64,000 bases of DNA, taken from positions 133,281 through 197,280 of the forward strand of contig CAVSEZ010000002.1 of assembly GCA_963727125.1 (NCBI GenBank). The letters are read 5' to 3'. The stretch is from an uncultured Actinomycetota bacterium. GTDB lineage: Bacteria; Actinomycetota; Actinomycetes; Propionibacteriales; Propionibacteriaceae. The notes under the pieces are model-generated. The model saw only the letters and a list, made by a program, of their open reading frames with translations, had not been told where the DNA came from and made no database searches. Made by a program: the position numbers and the translations under genes. Shown in pieces: positions 21,268-32,961 of this stretch (the stretch's first letter is position 1; every line of letters begins with the position of its first letter).

Positions 21268-22825
21268 GTGAGGAGTCCCGCCGAACCGCACCCGGCGGCC
21301 GAGCCGGTCGCCGGACCGACCTCGACGGAAGTGGGCTCGACGGGACTGGGCCGGGTCGCGGCGGCGGCGCTGGTGTTCGGGGCGTCGGCGAGCGTGCTCG
21401 TCGTCGAGATCGTCGCCCTGCGGCTGCTCGCGCCCTACCTGGGGTTGACGCTGGAGACCAGCACCTTGGTGATCGGCATCGCGTTGGCGGCCATCGCCTT
21501 GGGGTCGTGGTCCGGCGGCCGGCTCGCCGACCGGATCCCACCCCGACGCGTGCTCGGCCCGTTGCTCGTCACGTCCGGGGTCGCGGTCGCACTGACCCCG
21601 ATCGCGGTCCGCGCCGCCGGCGGGCTGGCCGACGGCGTGGTCATGATCGCGGTCACGTTCGCCCTGATCGTCCCCGGCGCCCTGCTGTCGGCGATCACCC
21701 CGATGGTCATCAAGCTCCGGCTGAGCAGCCTGCGCGAGACGGGTTCGGTGGTCGGGCAGCTCTCGGCGCTCGGTACCGCCGGCGCGATCGTCGGCACCGT
21801 CGTCACCGGGTTCGTGCTCATCTCCCGGGTCTCGGTGAGCGGGATCATGATCGGTCTGGGTATCGCCCTGCTGGTCGCCGGCGTCGTGGTGGAGTGGCGG
21901 TTCCGACGCTGGCGGGGCGCGGTGGTCCCGGCCCTGCTGATCGCCCTCGGCGGGGTGGCGACGGCAATCGTCCCCGGACCGTGCGATGTCGAGACGGCCT
22001 ACCACTGCGCGCTGGTCCGTACCGATCCCGATCGCGCCAGCGGACGGACCCTGCTGCTCGACGGGGCGCAGCACTCCTACGTCGACCTCGACGACCCGAC
22101 CTTCCTCCGGTACGACTACGCCAAGGCGGTGGTCGCGGCCGTCGACACCGCGTTCGCCCCGGCGCAGCCGCTGCGGGCCTACCACCTCGGCGGCGGCGGA
22201 CTGACGGTCCCGCGCTACCTCGACGCCACCCGCCCTGGAACCCAGAGCCTGGTGTCGGAGATCGACCCCGGGGTGGTGCGGATCGATCGGGACCAGTTGA
22301 GTTTGGACACCGATCGCCCGGTCGAGCTGCGGATCGAGGACGCTCGGCTCGGTCTGGGCCGGCTCGCGGACGACAGCCAGGATCTCGTCGTCGGCGATGC
22401 CTTCGGCGGCGTCAGCGTGCCGTGGCACCTGACCACTCGGGAGGCCGTGGCCGAGGTGGACCGGGTCCTGGCCGGCGACGGGATCTACGTGGTCAACCTG
22501 ATCGACTTCGGGCCGCTGGCCTTCGCCCGGGCCGAGGCGGCGACCCTCGCCGAGGTGTTCGGGTTCGTCGCGCTGGCAACCGAGACCGACACCGTGGTCG
22601 GGGGACCGAAGGCCGGCGGCAACGTGGTGCTGATCGCGACCGACCGCCCGCTCGACGCCGCGGTCGTCGCAGCGCCGGGTGCGCTCCGCCGGAGCGGACT
22701 GGTCGGTGCTCAGCGGGCCGGAGCTGCGCGACTGGGTCGGTCGCAGTCCGGTGCTCACCGACGACTACGCGCCGGTCGACCAGCTGCTGACGCCGTACCC
22801 GACCCGGCGGTTGACCGTCCGTTGA
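21268..22825 (+). CDS. Fused membrane domain/spermidine synthase-like protein (frameshift near 22670)
   Basis: N-terminal TM helices, HLGGGG SAM-binding loop, EIDP, GDAF; family C-terminus VLTDDYAPVDQL lies in a shifted frame ending TGA 22823-22825. Confidence 0.85.
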
Positions 22826-22951
22826 CCGTCGATTGACCACGTGCTCACCGGGGCGCCACGTGGCCGCGAGCTCGGGCCGGAACAATTCGCGCACCCCTGC
22901 GGTTGGTGTGTATCTTGGTGGGTCGGCGCGGCCCGGAGGGCCTGCCGATCT

Positions 22952-23024
22952 GCCCCTATAGCTCAGTCGGTAGAGCGTCTCCATGGTAAGGAGAAGGTCT
23001 GCGGTTCGATTCCGCATGGGGGCT
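22952..23024 (+). tRNA. tRNA-Thr(GGT)
   Basis: GCCCCTA/TGGGGGC acceptor, TCTCC-ATGGTAA-GGAGA anticodon arm, GGTTCGATTCC; CCA not encoded. Confidence 0.96.
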
Positions 23025-23149
23025 CGGAGATCGTTCCGGCGCACCGCGCACCGGCAGCGACGAGTCCGGGGAGGACCCCGGGTCTCGGAGCTGGTACGAG
23101 TCCGAGGCCGGCCAAGCGGCAGACCTCGGGACCGGACAGCGACGTCCGC

Positions 23150-23225
23150 AGCGGGATAGCTCAGGCGGTAGAGCAAGCGGCTCATAATCGCTGTGTCGCG
23201 GGTTCGAGTCCCGCTCCCGCTACCA
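23150..23225 (+). tRNA. tRNA-Met(CAT), probably elongator
   Basis: AGCGGGA/TCCCGCT acceptor, CTCATAA loop, encoded CCA; paired 1-72 and no GGG/CCC anticodon stem, so not initiator. Confidence 0.92.
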
Positions 23226-23271
23226 CCGAGACGACCAATCGACGTGCAAGAAGGACCGGAGAAGGATTGCC

Positions 23272-23439
23272 ATGGCCAAGACCACCGATGTGCGGCCGAA
23301 GATCACCCTCGCCTGCACCCAGTGCAAAGAGCGGAACTACATCACCAAGAAGAACCGCCGCAACGATCCCGACCGGATGGAGCTGAAGAAGTTCTGCCCG
23401 CGTTGTCACACCCACACCCCGCACCGCGAGACCCGCTGA
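23272..23439 (+). CDS. rpmG: 50S ribosomal protein L33 (zinc-binding C+ form); absent from the ORF track
   Basis: [55 protein letters not shown]. Confidence 0.97.
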   Translation: MAKTTDVRPKITLACTQCKERNYITKKNRRNDPDRMELKKFCPRCHTHTPHRETR

Positions 23440-23528
23440 GTCTCGAGCGCACCGGGACCGTCCAGCCGACGCCTGACGCCGGCCCCGCTGACGCGGATCA
23501 CCGAGCCGCCGGATCACCCGGCGGCTCG

Positions 23529-24251
23529 ATGCTTTCCGGCGGCCGGTCGCTGCCGGTCATCGGCCTGGCGCACGGCAGCCGGCACCCCGCGGTGGCGGCC
23601 GTGATCGACGCCTTGATGGCCGCCGTTGGCGAGCGCGAGGGCATCGACAGCCGCAGTGCCTATCTCGACCTGATCGAACCCGACCTCACCTCCGTCGCCG
23701 CCGACCTCGCCGCCGCCGGACACCGCAGCGCCGTGGTGGTGCCGTTGCTGTTCACCGCCGCCTTCCATGCCACGGTCGACGTCCCGCAGGCCCTCGAGGC
23801 GGCCGGATCGTCGTCCGGGCTCCGCTTGATCCAGACCGACATCCTCGGCACCGGGGCGGACGTCGAAGCGCTGCTGCGCGACTCGCTGCACGACGTCGAG
23901 CCCGACCGCGCCGTGGTCGTGGTGGCGGTCGGCTCGTCGGATCCGGCGGCCAACGAGGCGGTGCTCGATCTGGCGAACCGGCTGGGTCGCGGTCGGAGCG
24001 GTCCCGTTCGGGTCGGCTTCGGCACCACCGAACCCCGGATCAAGACCGTGCTGGCCGAGGTCGGGTCGACCCGGCCGGACGGGGGCGTGCTGCTGCCGCT
24101 GTTCCTGGCGCCCGGTCTGTTGTTGGACCCTGTCGTCGCGGCCGCCGCCGAACAGGGCTGGTCGGTGGTCGCGCCCATCGCCGAGCGAGCGGCGTCGATC
24201 GTCGCCCGGCGCTATCAAGACCGAGCAAGCAGTAGTTCGCAACTCCGTTAG
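23529..24251 (+). CDS. Sirohydrochlorin chelatase (CbiX/SirB family)
   Basis: AHGSRHP, AYLDLIEP, VPLLFTAAFH, PLFLAPG. Confidence 0.85.
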   Translation: MLSGGRSLPVIGLAHGSRHPAVAAVIDALMAAVGEREGIDSRSAYLDLIEPDLTSVAADLAAAGHRSAVVVPLLFTAAFHATVDVPQALEAAGSSSGLRLIQTDILGTGADVEALLRDSLHDVEPDRAVVVVAVGSSDPAANEAVLDLANRLGRGRSGPVRVGFGTTEPRIKTVLAEVGSTRPDGGVLLPLFLAPGLLLDPVVAAAAEQGWSVVAPIAERAASIVARRYQDRASSSSQLR

Positions 24252-24261
24252 GTTTCTTCCC

Positions 24262-24693
24262 ATGGCCATCTCCCCCGAGCATGCCGGCCGGAGCTATCCG
24301 GCCACTGCTGCCTACGAGGTCTCGGCCGCCAAGATCGGCGAGTTCGCCCGGGCGATCGGTGACGACAACCCGGCGTACTTCGCCGACGAGCCGATCGCGC
24401 CGCCGACGTTCGTCGCGGTCATCTCCGCGCTCGCCTGGGAGGCGATGTTCGCCGACGAGGAGCTCGGGCTGGCGCTGCGCCGGATCGTGCACGGCGATCA
24501 GCGGTTCAGCTACCGGCGACCGCTGCGGGCCGGCGACCGGGTGCGGGCGACCCTCACGATCGACAAGGTCCGCAACCGCGGCGCCGCCGACATCATCTCG
24601 TCCTCGGTGTTGATCGCCACCGTTCCCGAGCAGGGAGCCGAAGAGGTCTGTCGGGCCGAGGCGACCTTCTTCCACAGCCACGAGGCGGCCTGA
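24262..24693 (+). CDS. MaoC N-terminal-type dehydratase subunit (HadA-like)
   Basis: KIGEFARAIG, APPTF, IVHGDQRF; typical position after rpmG. Confidence 0.88.
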   Translation: MAISPEHAGRSYPATAAYEVSAAKIGEFARAIGDDNPAYFADEPIAPPTFVAVISALAWEAMFADEELGLALRRIVHGDQRFSYRRPLRAGDRVRATLTIDKVRNRGAADIISSSVLIATVPEQGAEEVCRAEATFFHSHEAA

Positions 24694-25145
24694 TGAGCGA
24701 CCTGAGTTCCGGTCGCATCGAGGTCGGGACGGAGCTGCCGGCGTTGACCGTGCGATTCACCCGGGCCGACCTCGTCCGGTACGCCGGCGCCTCGACCGAC
24801 TTCAACCCCATCCACTACTCGGAGCGGTTCGCCGCCTCGGTCGGGTTGCCGGGTGTGGTGGCCCACGGGATGCTCACGATGGGCGCCGGACTGCGCCTGG
24901 TCACCGACTGGGTGCAGGATCCGGCCCGGGTCCGCTCCTACTTCGTCCGGTTCACCAAACCGGTGGTCGTGCCCGACGACGACGACGGGACCGAGGTCAC
25001 GTTCCGCGGGCGGGTGGCCACCACGGACGGCGACCGGGTGATGATCGCCATCGACGCTGTCTGCATCGACGCCGACGGGGTAGAGCAGAAGGTGCTGGGT
25101 GCGGCCCGGGCCGAAGTCGAACTCGAAGGTGAAAGCCGATCTTGA
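24693..25145 (+). CDS. MaoC-family dehydratase (HadB-like)
   Basis: YAGASTDFNPIH and AHGMLTMG hydratase motifs. Confidence 0.9.
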   Translation: MSDLSSGRIEVGTELPALTVRFTRADLVRYAGASTDFNPIHYSERFAASVGLPGVVAHGMLTMGAGLRLVTDWVQDPARVRSYFVRFTKPVVVPDDDDGTEVTFRGRVATTDGDRVMIAIDAVCIDADGVEQKVLGAARAEVELEGESRS

Positions 25146-26200
25146 TGCTGGACGCCGAGACGGAGCCGTTGCTCGCTCCGTACACCACGCTGCGCGTCGG
25201 CGGTCCCACTCCCGCCCTGACCACGGCGGAGACCGAGGCGGAGTTGTTGTCGGTGCTGCGGGCCGCGGACCGCGACACCGCTCCCGGTCGCGGACCGGCG
25301 CGGATCCTCGGCGGCGGCTCCAACGTGTTGATCGGTGACGACGGCGTCGACGGACCCGTGATCCGGGTCGCGACCCGAGGGATCCGCCCCGACGTCTCGG
25401 GGTGCTCCGGCGCGGTGGTGACGGTGGCCGCGGGGGAGAACTGGGACGCCCTGGTCGCGCGTGCCGTCGCCGAAGGTTGGGGCGGCGGGATCGAGTGCCT
25501 GGCCGGCATCCCGGGCCTGGTCGGCGCCAGCCCCATCCAGAACGTGGGCGCCTACGGCTGCGAGGTCGCTCAGATCATCGCCACCGTTCGGACCTGGGAC
25601 CGGTTCGCCGACCGCCAGGTCACGTTCGCCGCCGCCGATTGCGCGTTCGCCTTCCGCAGCTCCCGGTTCAAGTCCGACCCCAACCGTTATCTGATCATCG
25701 ACGTGACGTTCCAGCTGCCCCTCGGCTCCCTCTCGGCGCCGATCCGGTACCCGGAGCTGGCCCGGACCCTCGGTGTGGCCGTGGGTGATCGGGTGCCGGC
25801 GGCCGATGCGCGGCAGGCGGTGCTGCAGCTGCGTCGAGCCAAGGGCATGGTGCTCGACGAGACCGATCACGACACCTGGAGCGCGGGCTCGTTCTTCATC
25901 AACCCGATCCTCGAGCCGGACCGCGCCGCCCGGCTTCCCGACCAGGCACCGCGGTACCCGACCGACGACGGTCGGGTCAAGACCAGCGCGGCCTGGCTGA
26001 TCGAGCGGGCCGGCTTCGCCAAGGGGTACGGGACTCCACCGGCGACCTTGTCCACCAAGCACGCGCTGGCCCTCACCAACCGGGGCGGGGCACGGACCGC
26101 GGACCTGCTGGCGCTGGCGCGCGACATCCAGACCGGCGTACGGTCCCGCTTCGACCTCACGCTCGTACCCGAACCGACACTCTGGGGATGTGCCCTGTGA
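25145..26200 (+). CDS. murB: UDP-N-acetylenolpyruvoylglucosamine reductase
   Basis: [46 protein letters not shown]. Confidence 0.95.
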   Translation: MLDAETEPLLAPYTTLRVGGPTPALTTAETEAELLSVLRAADRDTAPGRGPARILGGGSNVLIGDDGVDGPVIRVATRGIRPDVSGCSGAVVTVAAGENWDALVARAVAEGWGGGIECLAGIPGLVGASPIQNVGAYGCEVAQIIATVRTWDRFADRQVTFAAADCAFAFRSSRFKSDPNRYLIIDVTFQLPLGSLSAPIRYPELARTLGVAVGDRVPAADARQAVLQLRRAKGMVLDETDHDTWSAGSFFINPILEPDRAARLPDQAPRYPTDDGRVKTSAAWLIERAGFAKGYGTPPATLSTKHALALTNRGGARTADLLALARDIQTGVRSRFDLTLVPEPTLWGCAL

Positions 26201-27993
26201 CCCTGGCTCCCTTCACCGTCTGGGCTCCGCTGCTCGACCGGGTCCGGTTGGCGCTCGCCGATCCGCAGGGCGGGTCGACGGTCCTGGTGCCGATGACCAA
26301 GGACGCCGGCGGCTGGTGGCACCCCGACGGACCGGTGCCCGATCCGGCCGTCACGCCCGGGGTCGACTACGGCTTCGTGCTGGGTGATGCCGACGACGTG
26401 GTGCGCCCCGACCCGAGATCGCGGTGGCAGCCCCAGGGCGTGCACGCGATGTCCAGGACGTACGACCCGGCCCGCTTCCCCTGGACCGATGACGGTTGGA
26501 CCGGACGGCAGCTGGCCGGTGGCGTGATCTATGAGATGCACGTCGGCACCTTCACCCCGGAAGGCACCCTGGACGCCGCGATCGGGCGGCTGGACCACCT
26601 GGCCGAGCTGGGCATCCACTTCGTCGAGCTGTTGCCGGTGAACGCCTTCAACGGCGCGCACAACTGGGGCTACGACGGGGTGCTGTGGTTCGCCGTCGAC
26701 GACTCCTACGGTGGCCCGGAGGCCTATCAGCGCTTCGTCGACGCCTGCCACGCGCGCGGCCTCGCCGTCATCCAGGACGTGGTCTACAACCACCTCGGAC
26801 CGAGCGGCAACTACCTTCCGGAGTTCGCGCCGTACCTGCACACCGCCGCGATCAACACCTGGGGGGAGTCGCCGAACCTCGACGACGAGCACTCCGACGA
26901 GGTCCGGCACTACATCGTGGACAACGCGATGATGTGGATGAACGACTACCACGTCGACGGGTTGCGGCTCGATGCCGTGCACGCCCTGGTCGACACCCGG
27001 GCCACCCACATCCTCGAGGAACTCACGATCGAGACGACCGCGTTGAGCGCGTTCCTCGGCCGGCCGCTGTCGCTGATCGCGGAATCCGACCTCAACAACC
27101 CGCGGTTGATCACGACCCGCGAGGCCGGTGGGTACGGGCTGACCGCCCAGTGGAGCGACGACTTCCACCACGCCCTCTACGTGAGCCTGACCGGGGACAC
27201 CACGGGCTACTACGCCGACTTCGACTCCCTCGCCGCCCTGGGCAAGGTCTTCACCGAGGGCTTCTTCCACACGGGTACGCACTCCAGCTTCCGCGGCCGG
27301 AGCCACGGCGAGCGGATCGACCGCCGGACCTCGACCTGGCGCCTGGTGGTCTGCTCCGACAACCACGACCAGATCGGCAACCGGGCCGACGGGCAACGGC
27401 TCTCGGGCAAGCTCGATCACCGCCAGCTGCAGCTCGCGGCCGTGGTGACCCTGCTCAGCCCGTTCACCCCGATGATCTTCATGGGGGAGGAGTGGGGTGC
27501 CCGGACGCCCTGGCAGTTCTTCACCGCCCACCCCGAGCCCGAGCTCGCCGAGCTGGTGGCCAAGGGTCGGCTGGAGGAGTTCGCCCAGATGGACTGGGAT
27601 CCCGCCGCCGTGCCCGACCCGCAGGATCCGCAGACCTTCGCGAACTCCAAGCTGGACTGGTCGGAACTCGCCCGCGCCGAGCACGCCGACCTGTTCGCCC
27701 TCAATCAGCGGTTGCTGACCCTGCGGCACACCTACCCCGACTTCACCGATCCCCGCTTCGAGCACAGCCAGGCCCGCAGCGACGACGACGAGGGGTGGTT
27801 GTTGATCGAACGCGGCGCGATGGTGGTGCTGGTCAACTTCGGCGCCGACGACGCCGTGGTCACCGTTCCCGACGGGCTGGAGCTGGTGCTCACCGTCGGT
27901 GACGCGGGCGGACCGGATCCGGCCGAGGCCGGTACCAGGCCGGAGTCGACGCTCCGGCTCGGCCCCCACAGCGCCGTCGTCGGGCACCGCTGA
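26197..27993 (+). CDS. treZ: Malto-oligosyltrehalose trehalohydrolase
   Basis: [47 protein letters not shown]; GTGA overlap with murB. Confidence 0.95.
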   Translation: MTLAPFTVWAPLLDRVRLALADPQGGSTVLVPMTKDAGGWWHPDGPVPDPAVTPGVDYGFVLGDADDVVRPDPRSRWQPQGVHAMSRTYDPARFPWTDDGWTGRQLAGGVIYEMHVGTFTPEGTLDAAIGRLDHLAELGIHFVELLPVNAFNGAHNWGYDGVLWFAVDDSYGGPEAYQRFVDACHARGLAVIQDVVYNHLGPSGNYLPEFAPYLHTAAINTWGESPNLDDEHSDEVRHYIVDNAMMWMNDYHVDGLRLDAVHALVDTRATHILEELTIETTALSAFLGRPLSLIAESDLNNPRLITTREAGGYGLTAQWSDDFHHALYVSLTGDTTGYYADFDSLAALGKVFTEGFFHTGTHSSFRGRSHGERIDRRTSTWRLVVCSDNHDQIGNRADGQRLSGKLDHRQLQLAAVVTLLSPFTPMIFMGEEWGARTPWQFFTAHPEPELAELVAKGRLEEFAQMDWDPAAVPDPQDPQTFANSKLDWSELARAEHADLFALNQRLLTLRHTYPDFTDPRFEHSQARSDDDEGWLLIERGAMVVLVNFGADDAVVTVPDGLELVLTVGDAGGPDPAEAGTRPESTLRLGPHSAVVGHR

Positions 27994-28009
27994 GAGATCG
28001 GCCGTTCGT

Positions 28010-28106
28010 GCTCTGAGCCTGTCGAAGAGCGCCGTAAGGCAACTCTCGTTCGCCCTTCGACGGGCTCAGGGCACGAGGCGGTTGGGCCCTTCGACGGGTT
28101 CAGGGC
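28010..28106. repeat. Cluster of three 21-bp REP-like palindromes
   Basis: GCTCTGAGCCTGTCGAAGAGC (28010-28030), GCCCTTCGACGGGCTCAGGGC (28052-28072, inverted), GCCCTTCGACGGGTTCAGGGC (28086-28106), between convergent genes. Confidence 0.85.
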
Positions 28107-28131
28107 GCGAGGTGGATGGGCCGAGCCCGGC

Positions 28132-29658
28132 TCAGTCCAGGCGGATCTCGCGTTTCAGGATCTTGCCGGTCGGGCCCTTGGGCAGGGGACCGAAGCGGAT
28201 GATGCGCGGGTACTTGTAGGCCGCGAGACGCTCCTCGACGTAGTCCCGCAACTCGGTCTCGGTGGCGGCGGCGCCCTCCTTGAGGTTCACCAAGGCGGCG
28301 ATCTCCTCGCCGCGGCGGGGATCCGGCACGCCGAACACGGCGGCCTCGGCCACGGCCGGGTGGGTGTAGAGCACCTCCTCGACCTCGCGGGGGTACACGT
28401 TGAGACCGTTGCGGATGATCATGTCCTTGAGCCGGTCGACGATGAAGTAGTAGCCATCGGCGTCCCGCCGGGCCAGATCGCCGGTGTGGAACCAGCCGCC
28501 GCGCATCGCCTCGGCGGTGGCTTCGGGATTGCGCCAGTACCCCTTCATGATGTTCTCGCCGCGGATGACGATCTCGCCGATCGCCTGGTCGTCGCCCGCA
28601 TCGATCTCGTGGTCGTCCTCGTCCCGCAGTCCGAACTCGACGCCGCGGATCGGGGTGCCCACCGAGCCCGGCTTGGTCGGCACGTGCGGGTGGTTGAAGG
28701 ACGCCACCGGGGAGGTCTCGGACAGCCCGTACCCCTCCAGCAACGTGACACCGAACGTCGACTCGACGCCGCGGAGTACTTCGAGCGGGAGGGAGGCACC
28801 GCCGGAGGCGGCGGTGCGCAACGTGCTCACGTCGAAGCGCTGGGGGTCGGGGACCGCGAGCAGGGCCATGTACATCGTCGGCACGCCCAGGAACAGGTTC
28901 ACCCGGTCGCGTTGCACGATCTCCAGCGCCTGCTCGCCGTCGAACTTCGGCAGCAGGGTCAGACAGCACCCGGCGGCCATGGCGGTGTTGAGACCGCAGG
29001 TCTGACCGAAGGAGTGGAACAACGGCAACCCACCGAAGACGACCTCGCCCGGTTGCAGCAGGAACAAGGTCTCGATCGAGGTCGCCACGTTGGTGCTGAG
29101 GTTGGCGTGGGTGAGCTCGGCGCCCTTGGGCGAGCCGGTCGTGCCCGACGTGTACAAGATCACGGCGGTGTCCTCCGCGGTCCGGCTCGCGATCTCGGGC
29201 AACGGGACGGCCCCGGCCAGCAGCCGGTCGAACTCGGCCGGATCGGTGACGATGACGTCGGTGCCGGTCCGCTCCGCGGCGCGGTTCGCCTCGCCGGCGA
29301 ACATCGGGTGGACGACGGCCACCCGTGCCTCGGCGTCGGTCCAGGTGTAGGTGATCTCGCCCGCCTTCAGCAGCGGGTTCATCGGCACCACGACCCCGCC
29401 GGCCCGCAGCACGCCGTAGTAGGCGACCGGGAAGGTGGCGACGTTCGGCATGATCAGCGCCACCCGGTCGCCGGCCGCCACGCCCCGGTCGGTCAGCACC
29501 CGGGCGAACCGTGCCGACGCGTCGTCCAGCTCGGCGTAGCTGAGGGTCAGCTCCCCCTGCCGGATCGCCGGCAGATCGGGATCGGTGGCAGTCCGTTCGA
29601 CCACCCAGCGGGCGATGTTCGGCGAAGCCGTCGACGTCGTCGTCACGGAGCTCGTCAT
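28132..29658 (-). CDS. Long-chain-fatty-acid--CoA ligase
   Basis: YTSGTTGSPKG, EGYGLSET, FHTGD, PKGPTGKILK. Confidence 0.93.
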   Translation of the reverse strand: MTSSVTTTSTASPNIARWVVERTATDPDLPAIRQGELTLSYAELDDASARFARVLTDRGVAAGDRVALIMPNVATFPVAYYGVLRAGGVVVPMNPLLKAGEITYTWTDAEARVAVVHPMFAGEANRAAERTGTDVIVTDPAEFDRLLAGAVPLPEIASRTAEDTAVILYTSGTTGSPKGAELTHANLSTNVATSIETLFLLQPGEVVFGGLPLFHSFGQTCGLNTAMAAGCCLTLLPKFDGEQALEIVQRDRVNLFLGVPTMYMALLAVPDPQRFDVSTLRTAASGGASLPLEVLRGVESTFGVTLLEGYGLSETSPVASFNHPHVPTKPGSVGTPIRGVEFGLRDEDDHEIDAGDDQAIGEIVIRGENIMKGYWRNPEATAEAMRGGWFHTGDLARRDADGYYFIVDRLKDMIIRNGLNVYPREVEEVLYTHPAVAEAAVFGVPDPRRGEEIAALVNLKEGAAATETELRDYVEERLAAYKYPRIIRFGPLPKGPTGKILKREIRLD

Positions 29659-29782
29659 GGCCCGACCCTAGTCCCGTTCCACCGTCCGGGGCCGCGGAAT
29701 CGAACCGGAACCGACGGCGGAGCGGCACTAGACTCCTGACCGCACTCCGCCGCACCCGCACCCCCGAAGAGGTCTCCCGAGC

Positions 29783-31085
<1,303 letters not shown>

Positions 31086-31115
31086 GCCGCCGGGCCCGCG
31101 CCGGGGCGGGGAGGT

Positions 31116-31144
31116 TCGACTCCGCCGTCAAAGCGAACTAGACT
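31116..31144 (+). promoter_or_regulatory. Putative sigma-A promoter for tRNA-Trp-secE-nusG
   Basis: TCGACT-17bp-TAGACT. Confidence 0.5.
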
Positions 31145-31236
31145 GCATGACTTGGTGTCGGACGCCGTAGCTTTGGCGCGCCCGCAGGAGCCGTTTCGGC
31201 CCCTGGGTGGCGGCGGACTGCGACGGGCGGCGCCGA

Positions 31237-31309
31237 AGGGCAATAGCTCAACTGGCAGAGCATCGGTCTCCAAAACCGAAGGTTGGGGGTTCAAGTCCCT
31301 CTTGCCCTG
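31237..31309 (+). tRNA. tRNA-Trp(CCA)
   Basis: AGGGCAA/TTGCCCT acceptor, TCGGT-CTCCAAA-ACCGA anticodon arm; canonical position before secE. Confidence 0.96.
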
Positions 31310-31348
31310 CGAAGCAGTGTCGATCGTCGATGTGAGAAGGGTCTGAGC

Positions 31349-31873
31349 GTGGCAGACAAGGAACCAGCGGGGTCGCAGGACGAGCCGACCCCGGCTGACG
31401 ACCGCGTCGACCCCGAGATCCCCTCCGCGGCCGACCCCGATCCCGTCGAGCTCGGGTCGGAGGCCGACGCCATCGAACCGACCGGGAACGAGCTGGCGGC
31501 GTCCGGGGCCGACACCGAGGGTGATCCCGACGCCAAGCGCGCGGACGAGGCCGATGACCGGGAGCCGGTGACGGTGGGCGCGGCCGCCTCCGGTGCCAGG
31601 TTGGACAGCGGCCGGACCAGGGCCGAGCCGGAGGTCAAGGGCAAGGGACGCGCGACCCGCAAGCGCGACGTCAAGGAGCCGGCCAAGAAGCGGACCAGCC
31701 CGGTGAGCTTCGTGCAGGAATCGGTCGGCGAGCTGCGCAAGGTCGTCTACCCGACCGGTCAGCAGCTCGTGAACTACTTCGTGGTCGTGCTCATCTTCGT
31801 GCTCTTCATCATCGCGTACGTGAGCTTGCTCGATCTCGGCTTCGGGTGGGCGATGTTCCAGATCTTCGCCTGA
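31349..31873 (+). CDS. secE: Preprotein translocase SecE with long acidic N-terminal extension
   Basis: FVQESVGELRKVVYPT followed by a single TM helix; between tRNA-Trp and nusG. Confidence 0.92.
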   Translation: MADKEPAGSQDEPTPADDRVDPEIPSAADPDPVELGSEADAIEPTGNELAASGADTEGDPDAKRADEADDREPVTVGAAASGARLDSGRTRAEPEVKGKGRATRKRDVKEPAKKRTSPVSFVQESVGELRKVVYPTGQQLVNYFVVVLIFVLFIIAYVSLLDLGFGWAMFQIFA

Positions 31874-31927
31874 CGTGGCCGAAGAGATCCCGCACAGATG
31901 CCAGCAGAGAACGACGAACCACGAGTC

Positions 31928-32899
31928 ATGACGAACTCAGACAACGAAAGCAGGGACTTGTCCGAAAACTCCACGGCGGCCAACCCGCCGGCTGAGGAGG
32001 TGCAGCCGACCACCCTCGGTGAAACCCCCGCCAGCGAAACCCCCGACAGCACCTCCGACAGCACCGCCTCCGACACGGACTTCGACATCGACTTCGGCTC
32101 CGCCGAGAGTTATCGGTCCGCCACCGAGGACGAGGTCGACATCGACCTCGACTTCGGTGCCGCATCGACCCCGGAGACCGCGGCGGACGACGACGACATC
32201 GACCTCGATTTCGGCGCTCCTGCGGCGGAGGCCGAGACCGAGTCGGAGGCCGATGACGACGAAGCCGAGCCCGAGGGTGACGAAAACGATCCGGGCCAGC
32301 AGGCGCTGGAGGCGTTCCGCACCGAGCTGGCCGCGAAGTTCGGCGAGTGGTACGTGGTGCACACCTACTCCGGGATGGAGAACCGGGTGCTGCAGAACCT
32401 CGAGAACCGGGTCTCCTCGCTCAACATGGAGGACTTCATCTACGAGGTGGTCGTGCCCACCGAGGAGGTCACCGAGATCCGCAACGGCCAGCGCAAGCAG
32501 GTCCGGCGGACCGTGCTCCCCGGCTACGTCCTGGTTCGGATGGACCTGACCGACGAGTCGTGGTCGACAGTGCGCCACACCCCGTCGGTGACGGGGTTCG
32601 TCGGGCACTCGAACCAGCCGGTGCCGCTCAGCCTGGACGAGGTCGAGAAGATGCTCGCTCCGTCGGTGGTGGCGGCCGCCACCGCCAACTCGGAGAGCCC
32701 GAGCCGGCGCCGGAAGAAGGTCGAGGTCGCCGACTTCGAGGTCAGCGACTCGGTCATGGTGGTCGACGGGCCGTTCGCCGGCGTGCACGCCACGATCACC
32801 GAGATCAACGTCAACAGCCAGCGACTCAAGGCTCTGGTCGAGATCCTCGGCCGGGAGACCCCGGTCGACCTGACCTTCGCCCAGATCCAGAAGGTCTGA
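31928..32899 (+). CDS. nusG: Transcription factor NusG with long acidic N-terminal extension (start 31898 or 31928)
   Basis: [44 protein letters not shown]. Confidence 0.95.
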   Translation: MTNSDNESRDLSENSTAANPPAEEVQPTTLGETPASETPDSTSDSTASDTDFDIDFGSAESYRSATEDEVDIDLDFGAASTPETAADDDDIDLDFGAPAAEAETESEADDDEAEPEGDENDPGQQALEAFRTELAAKFGEWYVVHTYSGMENRVLQNLENRVSSLNMEDFIYEVVVPTEEVTEIRNGQRKQVRRTVLPGYVLVRMDLTDESWSTVRHTPSVTGFVGHSNQPVPLSLDEVEKMLAPSVVAAATANSESPSRRRKKVEVADFEVSDSVMVVDGPFAGVHATITEINVNSQRLKALVEILGRETPVDLTFAQIQKV

Positions 32900-32961
32900 C
32901 CCTCCACGAACGTGTCCTGGGATCCACCCAGGGCCGGTGACAACAGAAAGATTCAACTGCC

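Noticed and set aside
19900-22758. Long antisense or alternative-frame ORFs (for example 952 aa here, and 7756-9771, 25867-27987, 57752-60190)
   Set aside because: Shadow ORFs expected from high-GC codon bias; they overlap well-supported genes and show no recognisable motifs
23150-23225. tRNA(CAT) as initiator or lysidine-modified tRNA-Ile2
   Set aside because: It lacks initiator features and the C4/C5 acceptor-stem pattern typical of Ile2; elongator Met is the most likely identity
28010-28106. Mini CRISPR array
   Set aside because: The repeats are in mixed orientation with unequal short spacers, and there are no cas genes
31110-31128. GGTTCGACTCC as a tRNA remnant or attachment site
   Set aside because: Imperfect T-stem, no match to the 3' end of any tRNA here, no integrase; better explained as the -35 region of the tRNA-Trp promoter
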